Source: an uncultured delta proteobacterium (GTDB lineage Bacteria; Myxococcota; Myxococcia; Myxococcales; Myxococcaceae). Taken from it: DNA of 64,000 nucleotides. A program made the position numbers and the translations under genes. Below the pieces are notes generated by a model. It ran no database searches and was not told the DNA's origin. It saw nothing but the letters and a program-made list of their open reading frames with translations. The DNA lies in NCBI GenBank assembly GCA_963771175.1, contig CAVYSY010000038.1, forward strand, positions 128,001 to 192,000. The letters are read 5' to 3'. Shown piece by piece: positions 1 through 7,702 of this stretch (position 1 is its first letter; the number at the start of each line of letters is the position of its first letter).

Positions 1-178
1 CTTCAAGCCCTTCTTCACCACCAAGGCCACCGGCACCGGCCTCGGCCTCGCCATCGTCCAGCGCACCCTGGCCGCCCACTCCGGACGCATCACCATCGAG
101 TCGCCTCCCGGCGGCGGCACCACCTTCCGGCTCGTGCTCCCGCTGCTCCCAGAGGCCGTGGCCATGCAGGCGGAATAG
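1..178 (+). CDS. Sensor histidine kinase, C-terminal HATPase fragment (5' end outside window)
   Basis: Frame 2 reads [21 protein letters not shown]...[11 protein letters not shown], the F and G2 boxes of HATPase_c; TAG at 176-178. Confidence 0.9.
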   Translation, partial: FKPFFTTKATGTGLGLAIVQRTLAAHSGRITIESPPGGGTTFRLVLPLLPEAVAMQAE

Positions 179-444
179 CCAGGGCTCGCTCTCCCGCCTG
201 CCGTTTGGCGCCCGTCCTGTCCGGTAGCGCACGCTCCGGCGCCGCGCGGGGCTCACCATCCATTGTTTGTCAAGGCATTCCTCCGGCGGACCCTGGCCAT
301 CGGCGAACCGGGACAGTAGAACGACGAATCCCCAGGCATCGTTCCGTTGCTCGGCGTGGCCGGCGCCCCAGTCGTGGCCTGGGTTGAAGGCATCCATGGC
401 GCCGGACCTCCGAGCCCCCATCCCGTCTTCCGGGAGGTGTCTTG

Positions 445-1470
445 ATGCGTCGTCTGCTCGCAGGAAGTGTCGCGGTGTCCGCGCTGATGCTGGGGGGAAG
501 CGCCCAGGCCTCAGGGGCGTGTGGCTGGACGTCCGCCGGCTGGAACGCCCCCAACGGGGCGGTGGTGTTCAACCGCGGCCCCGGCCCCATCCGCAACGTG
601 CTGGACGCCATCGGGGAGTACCGCACGCACTCGATGCTCTCGCATGGGCCGGGCGCGGGCGTGTCCCACGCCACCATGAAGACCCCGAAACAGACGGACT
701 GGCCGGGCGTCTGCACCAAGCCCATCAACGGCGGCGAGCTCCAGTACGGCTACCCGGGTCTCGAGCAGGTCAACCAGGGCGGCATCTACCACTACATCTA
801 CGAGGAGGGCGCCGCCGCCGAGTGGACCGGCTGGCAGCAGGGAGACCCCGCCCAGGCGGCCCTCATCGGCGACTCGCTCTGGTTCAACCACCCGTACGTC
901 AGCGACGTCTCCCGGGTCGACTCGGGCCAGTACCTCGACCGGCCGGTGCGCAACGGCTATCGCGTCAACTACTCGCTCTTCCAGTACAAGGACCTGGAGA
1001 CCACCCATCTGATTCCGGGCGGCGGGGCGAACGAGGGCATCGTCTGCTCCACCTTCATGGCCTACGCGCACAACTACGCGGGCCGCGGACAGGTGACGCC
1101 GTACACCTACTCGCACGAGCAGATCGCCAACGCGTCCAACTCGCTCTACACGGGCGTCTACAACGAGTGCAAGGAGTCGCTCGGCTGGTTCACCAACGCG
1201 CTCCTCACCGTGGCCTGCCCCTTCTACAACGTGTGCGGCAACGCCGGTAACCAGGTGGCCAACTGCATGTCCACCAACCGCTGCGACACCTCCGATGGCA
1301 AGTACTGGAGGGGCGTGCGCGACGACCCCAACACCACCGCCACCTCCCTCAGCCCGGATCGCATCGGCGGATGGGGCGTCCACCCCATCAACAACACCGT
1401 CTGGGGCCCGGACTACTCGCACCAGCTCCAGTGGAACTCGGGCGGCAACGTCTACGGCTGCTGGCAGTAA
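445..1470 (+). CDS. Secreted Cys-rich protein, possible permuted papain-like (NlpC/P60, YiiX/YebB-type) enzyme
   Basis: GGGAGG RBS; signal peptide ending AQA; GAVVFNRG...THSMLSHG followed about 140 aa later by IVCSTFMAYAHNYAG (His before Cys); strong GC3 bias. Confidence 0.7.
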   Translation: MRRLLAGSVAVSALMLGGSAQASGACGWTSAGWNAPNGAVVFNRGPGPIRNVLDAIGEYRTHSMLSHGPGAGVSHATMKTPKQTDWPGVCTKPINGGELQYGYPGLEQVNQGGIYHYIYEEGAAAEWTGWQQGDPAQAALIGDSLWFNHPYVSDVSRVDSGQYLDRPVRNGYRVNYSLFQYKDLETTHLIPGGGANEGIVCSTFMAYAHNYAGRGQVTPYTYSHEQIANASNSLYTGVYNECKESLGWFTNALLTVACPFYNVCGNAGNQVANCMSTNRCDTSDGKYWRGVRDDPNTTATSLSPDRIGGWGVHPINNTVWGPDYSHQLQWNSGGNVYGCWQ

Positions 1471-1491
1471 TCACGGAGAGGAGCCCACGCG

Positions 1492-2907
1492 ATGACGTCC
1501 ATCCCCGAGAACCGCTCTCAACGGCCCTGGCGCCCGGTGCTGCTGCTCTCGCTGCTCGCCCTCGGGGGACTCGTCGGCTGGCTCCTCTCCCGGGAGAGGC
1601 CGGCGCCGGACGCCCCCGCTCCCCAGACGCGCACCCGGGGTGCCTCCGAGGACGCTCCGTCCCCGGCCCTGGCCGCCGCGCCGAAGTCTCCGGAGGCCGC
1701 TCCCGCCGCCGCCGCCAGGCCCGCTCCGCCCATCGTGGATGAGATTCAGGTGGAGAAGCAGGAGGTGTGCTCGGGCGAGGAGAACCTCATCTCCGTGCGC
1801 GCCCACACCCCGGACGGCAAGGACGCGTACCTGCACTACACCGTGGGCAGCGGCACCGGCCAGCGCATGCCCCTGCGCGTCTGGCGCAATGACGACGGCA
1901 CCTACGAGATTCCCACCCTCACGGTGTTCACCCAGGACAACGTGGCCGTCACCGTCCCCATCCCCACCTACCAGGTGAAGGAGTGCGAGCCCGAGCGGCT
2001 CGTCCATGTCATGTCGCGGCGGCAGCCCAACGCCGAGGACGACTTCGAGTTCCTCGCCAAGGTGGTGGAGCGGCCCGCGCGCCCCGGCCAGCCCGCGCTC
2101 AAGCCCTTCGTCCCCGCGCGCTACGTGTGGACCTTCGACGACGAGCCCGCGGAGACCACCACCCAGCCCGTCGTCTCGCACTCCCTGCTGGGCAAGACGG
2201 GCGTGGACAGCATGTACACGCAGCACCTCGTCCGCGTGGACGTCTATGATGCCGCGGGCCAGAAGGTGACGGGCCGCTCCTCGCTCCAGGTGCTCAACAC
2301 CGCCTTCGAGAACTTCGACAAGAAGGGCATCGTCACGATTCTCACCGTGGGCACGCCGCGCTTCCCCGTGCTCGACGAGGACGGCGTGGTGCGGCAGAGC
2401 TTCCGCCTCTACCACCGCTTCCGCGGGCCGGTGCGCCTCACGAAGGTCACCACCATCCGCGCCTTCCAGGGCAACAAGGAAGGGCCTCCGCCTCCGGAGC
2501 AGGTGGACGACGCGTCGCTCCCGGTGAGCGAGGTCCCCGAGGGCAAGGGCGCCGAGGTGAAGGTCACCTTCGACACGAAGGCCGAGCCCGACGTCTTCGC
2601 CATCACCTACGCGCTGGAGGGCGTCAGCGCCGACGGCCACCCCGCGCGCGGCACCTTCTCCCTCATGCGGCCGCCTCCCAAGCCCACCCGGGAGAACAGC
2701 AACCCCGTCACGGACCCGGTGCTGCTCGCCAAGGTGAAGCGCGCGCGCGAGCTCCTCAAGCAGGAGTTCGTCACCGACGAGGACCTCTTCCGCCTGGAGC
2801 GCGAGGGCAGGTTCGCGGACCTGAAGGTCGACGCCTCCCAGCAGCCCGCCCAGGCCACGCCCGCGAGCGGCACGTCCACGGGCCGTCCCCGCAACCCCGG
2901 GCGGTAG
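1492..2907 (+). CDS. Membrane-anchored exported hypothetical protein, beta-rich (possible PKD/Ig-like segment)
   Basis: GAGGAG RBS; N-terminal TM helix, Pro/Ala linker, YVWTFDD motif; 21 bp downstream of previous gene. Confidence 0.75.
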   Translation: MTSIPENRSQRPWRPVLLLSLLALGGLVGWLLSRERPAPDAPAPQTRTRGASEDAPSPALAAAPKSPEAAPAAAARPAPPIVDEIQVEKQEVCSGEENLISVRAHTPDGKDAYLHYTVGSGTGQRMPLRVWRNDDGTYEIPTLTVFTQDNVAVTVPIPTYQVKECEPERLVHVMSRRQPNAEDDFEFLAKVVERPARPGQPALKPFVPARYVWTFDDEPAETTTQPVVSHSLLGKTGVDSMYTQHLVRVDVYDAAGQKVTGRSSLQVLNTAFENFDKKGIVTILTVGTPRFPVLDEDGVVRQSFRLYHRFRGPVRLTKVTTIRAFQGNKEGPPPPEQVDDASLPVSEVPEGKGAEVKVTFDTKAEPDVFAITYALEGVSADGHPARGTFSLMRPPPKPTRENSNPVTDPVLLAKVKRARELLKQEFVTDEDLFRLEREGRFADLKVDASQQPAQATPASGTSTGRPRNPGR

Positions 2908-2987
2908 CCCCGGTGGGAGGGCGAGGAAGCGGGCAAGGTGGCGCCCCCATGGGGAAAGCGCCATGCTCTCTCCCACGGAGGTAGTCC

Positions 2988-3461
2988 ATGTCCCTCTTCG
3001 ATGCCGTGGCGGCCGGTGACCTGGCCCGCGTGCAGGTGCTGCTCGACAGCGGCGCCGACCCCAACCCCTTCGACGACGAAGGCCGTACTCCCCTCATCGT
3101 CGCCGCCGAGAACGGCCACGAGGCGCTCGTGCGCGCCCTGCTCGCCGGTGGCGCCGACCCCATCCTCACCGATCGCATGGGCGAGACGGCCCTCGGCAAG
3201 GCCGCCGCCCACGGCCACGCCCGCGTCGCCGCCCTCCTCTACCCGCTCGCCTCCGAGGACGAGCAGATGATGGCCCGCTCGCTGCTCAAGCTGGGCACTG
3301 ACTTCTTCAACCTCCCGAGCGAGCCGGCTCCGCCCCCGGACGAGTTCCGCCGCAAGCTGGCCTCCGCGGGCGCCTACGTCGCCGGGAAGCTCGGCGACAA
3401 CGCCCCCACCGAGCGGCTGGAGCGACTGGCGCGCGCGGAGAAGAACGCCAAGAAGCGCTGA
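2988..3461 (+). CDS. Ankyrin-repeat protein
   Basis: GRTPLIVAAENGHEALVRALLAGGADP and GETALGKAAAHGH repeats; GGAGG RBS. Confidence 0.9.
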   Translation: MSLFDAVAAGDLARVQVLLDSGADPNPFDDEGRTPLIVAAENGHEALVRALLAGGADPILTDRMGETALGKAAAHGHARVAALLYPLASEDEQMMARSLLKLGTDFFNLPSEPAPPPDEFRRKLASAGAYVAGKLGDNAPTERLERLARAEKNAKKR

Positions 3462-3673
3462 GGCCGTGCCGCTACAGGTTTTTCGGGAGATCGCGCGACA
3501 ACGTCCGGTTTTCAGCACGCACTCCGCCCGTCGGTGAACATCTCCACGGGCCGGTTTCCGGCGAGTCCCGCCACTCCGTGCGATTATGCCGCCACTGTCC
3601 GGTGCGGCTCTGTGAGTCGCATGGTTCCAAATGGTCCCCGCTGTACGGGACCGTCATGAGTGGGGGGACATGC

Positions 3674-4225
3674 ATGTTGATGACGGATGAGCGCGGAGTG
3701 TTCGGCAACGCCTTCCACGGTCTCTTTCAGCTTGCACACGGGAGGCTCTCCTTGGGAGCCCGCAGTGCCCTCGGACGCATGGGGCTGCAGCTCGACTGCC
3801 AGCCCCAGTCCTTCTACCCGCTGTCCGTCTGGCGCCCCTCGCTCGACATCGTCGTGCGCGAGCTCTACCCCAACCTCCAGCGCGACGAGGCCCTGCGCCG
3901 GCTCGGCCAGCAGATGGTGCTCGGGGTGAGCGAGACGGTGCTCGGCCGGGGGATGCTCGCGCTCGGGCGCGCGCTCGGGCCTCGCCGGCTGCTCATGCGG
4001 ATGAACCACAACTTCCGCAACGCCGACAACTACGTGCAGATGCAGCTCACCGAGCTGTCCCCCACCGCCTATGAGGTGTGGATCAACGAGACGCTCGGGA
4101 TGCCCTCCTACTACCAGGGCATCCTCGAGGCCGCGCTCGGTGCCACCGGCGTGCGCGAGCCCCGCGTGCGGAGCGTGCGCGTGGAGGGCGGGAGCGCCAC
4201 CTACCACGTCGAGTGGTGCGCATAG
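3674..4225 (+). CDS. DUF2378 / TIGR02265-like myxobacterial protein
   Basis: YPLSVW, EALRRLG, LGPRRLL, YYQGILEA and C-terminal YHVEW resemble this family; start (3674 or 3680) uncertain. Confidence 0.8.
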   Translation: MLMTDERGVFGNAFHGLFQLAHGRLSLGARSALGRMGLQLDCQPQSFYPLSVWRPSLDIVVRELYPNLQRDEALRRLGQQMVLGVSETVLGRGMLALGRALGPRRLLMRMNHNFRNADNYVQMQLTELSPTAYEVWINETLGMPSYYQGILEAALGATGVREPRVRSVRVEGGSATYHVEWCA

Positions 4226-4226
4226 C

Positions 4227-4874
4227 TCAGTGGGGCAGGAGGCTCGCCGCCCGCTGCAACACGCCCCGCCAGCCCGAGAGCCGGATGTCCTCGCACTCCT
4301 CGCGCGCCAGGGCCCAGCAGCCCTCCTTCGGGTCCGCGGTGAGCTCGTGCGTCGAGCCCGCGGGCGCGCTGCTCCAGTCCCCCGCCTCCAGGAACCGGCC
4401 CCGGTCCCATGCGCCGCCCGCCACCACCAGCGTCTCCTCCCCGCCCCGGTGCGCGTGCCTCGGGAAGCGAGCCCCCGCCGGCAGGTGGACCAGGTAGAGC
4501 GCGCACCCGCCCGATTCGTCCCTCAGCAGGCGGGACACCCGGCTGCCCTCGCTCAGCAGCGAGTGCCACCGCCAGTGCTCCGGTGGCGGCAGCTCCGCCA
4601 GCAGCGCGGGGGGCAGGGGCAGGCCTTCCACGGGCCTCGGTTGCTCGCGTCGGGACGCCTCCTCCCAGACGCGGCCGAAGAGGTCCGGCGGCACGGGCGC
4701 CTCGGGCACGGCCTCCAGCACGGTGCCTCCGGCGGCCCCCAGGCGACCTGCCCGCCGGGCGCAGTCATCACAAAAGGAGAGATGCGTCTCCACCAGAAGG
4801 CGCAGTGGCACGTCCGCGGCTCCCGTGGCGTAGGCCAGCAACCGCTCGGTCGAGGGATGGTTCGCAGGCTTCAT
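4227..4874 (-). CDS. chrR: ChrR-type anti-sigma factor (zinc anti-sigma domain plus cupin)
   Basis: HP...LLAYATG...HLSFCDDC (HxxxCxxC), cupin PRHAHRGGEETLVVAG; directly downstream of the ECF sigma factor. Confidence 0.88.
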   Translation of the reverse strand: MKPANHPSTERLLAYATGAADVPLRLLVETHLSFCDDCARRAGRLGAAGGTVLEAVPEAPVPPDLFGRVWEEASRREQPRPVEGLPLPPALLAELPPPEHWRWHSLLSEGSRVSRLLRDESGGCALYLVHLPAGARFPRHAHRGGEETLVVAGGAWDRGRFLEAGDWSSAPAGSTHELTADPKEGCWALAREECEDIRLSGWRGVLQRAASLLPH

Positions 4875-4878
4875 CGCT

Positions 4879-5400
4879 TCACTCCGTCAGCAGGGCGCGC
4901 ATGTGCAGCAGGGCCATCCGGACTCGGGACTTGAAGGTGCCCAGGGGCACGGCGAGCGCCGTCGCCGCCTCCTCGTGCGTGTAACCCCCCAGCACCGCCA
5001 GCTCGACGGCCTGACGCTGCTCCGGGCTCAACCCGTCCAGCGCGCGTGCGAGGCTCATCGATAGCTCGGGGTCCGCCCGCACCAGTTCCCGCAGCGGCTC
5101 CTCCGCCTCGGGGGGCGCGGGCGCCTCTCCCGACTTCCGACGGCGCCACCGGTCCACCAGCTTGTGGCGCGCGATCATGTACATCCACGCCAGGGGCGTG
5201 CCGTGCTCGGGCCGGTAGCTGGACGCCTTCTGCCAGATGGCGGTGAAGACGTCCTGCACCACGTCCTCGGCGAGCGCGCGATCCCTCGTCACGCGCAGCA
5301 CGTAGCCCAGCAGTCGGCCCGCGTGCCGCTCGTAATAGGACTGGAAGGCATCCTTGCTGCCGCGCGCGATGGCGCACAGCAGCACCCCATCCTCCGCCAT
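4879..5400 (-). CDS. ECF sigma factor (RpoE-ChrR type)
   Basis: LAEDVVQDVF, WMYMIARHKLVDRWR, region 4 VPLGTFKSRVRMAL; GGAGGAG RBS. Confidence 0.92.
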   Translation of the reverse strand: MAEDGVLLCAIARGSKDAFQSYYERHAGRLLGYVLRVTRDRALAEDVVQDVFTAIWQKASSYRPEHGTPLAWMYMIARHKLVDRWRRRKSGEAPAPPEAEEPLRELVRADPELSMSLARALDGLSPEQRQAVELAVLGGYTHEEAATALAVPLGTFKSRVRMALLHMRALLTE

Positions 5401-5455
5401 GGCTCGACTCCTCCGGACGCACGCGCGCCGCGCGCCGCCCGGGTTCAGAGGCCAT

Positions 5456-5482
5456 TACGGAAGACAGGGTGGAGTTGGATGA
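5456..5482 (-). promoter_or_regulatory. Putative autoregulated ECF promoter
   Basis: Minus strand TCATCC-N16-CCGTA about 55 nt upstream of the ECF start; resembles the TGATCC/CGTA motif of RpoE-ChrR systems. Confidence 0.5.
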
Positions 5483-5494
5483 GTCGGAACGACA

Positions 5495-5521
5495 GGGGAG
5501 GTTGCCTGCCCGCACCTCCCC
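5495..5521 (-). terminator. GC-rich hairpin after the hydrolase gene
   Basis: GGGGAGGT...ACCTCCCC inverted repeat 15 nt past the stop at 5537; no clear U-tract. Confidence 0.35.
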
Positions 5522-5536
5522 CGAGGGACGGACGAG

Positions 5537-6492
5537 CTAGTCGTTGAACTTGCCAGCACGCGCGTCCTCGAAGGGCACGCGGTGCTTGAGGTACGTGTCC
5601 TGGAGCATGTGGTTGGCGACGAGGTTGATGCCGCCGTCGCCGAAGCGGTGCACCACCGCGTCCTTGCCCGCCTTCTTGAGGAAGGCCAGCGGATCCACAC
5701 TGCCACCCAGGCCGAAGAGCGAGGGCACCATGTCCCGGTTGTTCACGTAGTGCACGTACTTGGGCCCATCCGGGTAGGTGGCCGCGGCGGCCCCGAAGGT
5801 CTCCACGTTCACCCGGCTCATGGTCTTCTCGACCTCGGCCTTGGACATCCCATCTTCGATGCGCAGCCGGTTGTAGACGTCCTTGAGCGCCCGGCTGGTG
5901 ATGAGGCCGCCCTGGCTGTAGCCCATCAGGTCCACCGACCGGCCCGCCTTCAGCTCCGAGTAGACGGTGTCCGCCAGCGTGTCCACCGCCGGGTTGCGGC
6001 CCTTGTCCAGCTTGTCCTTCACGCACTGGGCCAGGTCGCTGATGAAGCCCTCGGTGGAGTTGTGGATGCCGATGGTGCGCGCCCCCGACTTGTCGGCGAT
6101 GGCCTGGAGGTCGCTCGACTGCGCCTCCTTGGGCGTCATGATGCCGTTGACGTAGATGATGGTCTTCGTCGGGTTGGGGTTGTTCTTCGGCATCACCGCC
6201 GGAATCTGGCTCAGCGGCGTGCCCGGCGGGAACGTCTTCCCGTTGGCGCCCACGAACTGGCCGTCATGCACCCGGTCCGGCGGCTTGCTGCCACCCAGCA
6301 GGCTCGTCACCTGCCGCACCGGCCCCGACTCGAAGGCGTCCACGCCCTGCTTCACCACCTTGGCGCCCTCGGCCACCGCGTTCTTCACGGTGTTGACCGC
6401 GGCGTTCGCGGTCTGCTGGGCTTCTCGAGGGTCTGACGCGCGCCCTGGCCCACGTGGGACAGGGGGTTGCGGTTGCGATCGATGGTGCTCAT
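5537..6492 (-). CDS. Alpha/beta-hydrolase-fold (lipase-like) protein; one frameshift near 6420
   Basis: AGGAG RBS plus ATG at 6492 (MSTIDRNRNPLS...TLEK) joins the long frame (AQQTANAAV...) after a 1-nt shift; YVNGI, nucleophile elbow GYSQG, VETFGAA, candidate D and H (RDMVP, ANHML). Confidence 0.78.
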
Positions 6493-6615
6493 GGGGGCTC
6501 CTACGAATTGTCCGTTGCTCCATTCTCCCACGAAGCGGTGCGGAAGTTGCGTACCCCCCGCACTTTTCTGGCACGGTACCGTCCCCCTCTCTCCCTACAC
6601 GAAAGGAAGAAATCC

Positions 6616-6882
6616 ATGAGCGCGAAGCGTCTTCTGTCGTCGGCGGTGCTCCTGTCGGGCCTGCTGGCCCTCGCGGCCTGCGGCAGTGCCGAGATTGGCG
6701 AGGAGTGCGACAAGACGGGCAGCACCGACGAGTGCGTCGAGGGCGGCGTCTGCGACACCCTCGGCGGCGGCAGCACCACCCTGCAGTGTCTGAAGATCTG
6801 CACCGCGGACACCGACTGCCCCTCCACCCAGTCCTGCACCGGCGTGAGTGGCAGCAACCTGAAGGCCTGCCACAACAAGTAG
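6616..6882 (+). CDS. Small disulfide-rich lipoprotein
   Basis: AAGGA RBS; lipobox LAAC; eight further Cys in about 65 aa. Confidence 0.8.
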   Translation: MSAKRLLSSAVLLSGLLALAACGSAEIGEECDKTGSTDECVEGGVCDTLGGGSTTLQCLKICTADTDCPSTQSCTGVSGSNLKACHNK

Positions 6883-7034
6883 GAATTCCGGCTCCGCGCG
6901 CGTGGCCGCTCTGACGGTGCGGGTGGGCTCGATCGAACCCATCCTCAAGCGGCAAGCAGCCACGCGCGCCGGGGTGAGTGCTCCTCGGGGCTTCCCGAAT
7001 GGCTACATCAATCCCAGGAGGAAGGGGTAAAGCC

Positions 7035-7451
7035 ATGCGTGAGAGCATTCTGGCGGCGATGATCTCGGCCGTGTCCTGGGGGGCGATGGGCACCGCCCTC
7101 GCGCAGCAGGGCAACTACCCGCTACAGCAACCCATGGCCGGCAGTTACTACCAGCAGCAGCCCATGGCCGGGAGCTACCAACTCCAGCAGCCCATGGCCG
7201 GGAGCTACTACCTCCAGCAGCCCATGGCGGGGAGCTACCAACTCCAGCAGCCCATGGCCGGGAGCTACCAACTCCAGCAACCGATGACTGGCAGCTACTA
7301 CCTCCAGCAGCCCATGGCGGGGAGCTATTACCTCCAGCAGCCGCTCATCGGCAGCGACTATGTCGAGCCGCTCTTCGACAACGACGTCTACGACATCAAC
7401 GAGCCCTACGTCGGCGGCTACGACCTCTATCCCCTTGACGCATCGGAGTAG
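7035..7451 (+). CDS. Secreted tandem-repeat protein (QQPMAGSYxL x8)
   Basis: Signal peptide ending ALA-QQ; in-frame 10-aa repeats with synonymous third-position variation; acidic Tyr-rich tail. Confidence 0.75.
   Translation: MRESILAAMISAVSWGAMGTALAQQGNYPLQQPMAGSYYQQQPMAGSYQLQQPMAGSYYLQQPMAGSYQLQQPMAGSYQLQQPMTGSYYLQQPMAGSYYLQQPLIGSDYVEPLFDNDVYDINEPYVGGYDLYPLDASE
7125..7364 (+). repeat. 30-bp coding tandem repeat, 8 units (last one degenerate)
   Basis: CAGCAGCCCATGGCCGGGAGCTACCAACTC-like units starting at 7125, 7155 ... 7335. Confidence 0.95.
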
Positions 7452-7702
7452 GAGGACCCCAAGGGTCAGCAGCCGAGCCGCTCCGTCATCCGCGTCTCAA
7501 CTCCGTGAGGGACGCTTCGCTCGAGCCTCAAGCCATCCGGCTGGCGTGAGGGGTGCGGTGGGGCTGTCACTCGAACCTCCCCCGGGAAGGGGACGGGCCC
7601 TCCCATGGCCGCCTGCCCTGCCTTGGCATGCGCGGGTGGAAGACGCACCTTCATCAAGCCTCACCCGTCCCGAAGACCTGGAGAGGGCGGAAGGAGAGCA
7701 TC

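Noticed and set aside
3462..3673. Intergenic region with GCCACTG-like words as a possible cobalamin riboswitch
   Set aside because: Other conserved elements are not recognisable and the downstream gene is not B12-related; an Infernal/Rfam scan would settle it
7125..7364. Regular 30-bp periodicity as a possible CRISPR array
   Set aside because: Units are contiguous with no unique spacers, keep the reading frame and vary mostly at codon positions; no cas genes in the window
7541..7556. Possible sigma54 promoter (TGGCGTGAGGGGTGC) upstream of the CDO-ABC operon
   Set aside because: Only the minimal GG-N10-GC spacing matches, which is frequent by chance in high-GC DNA
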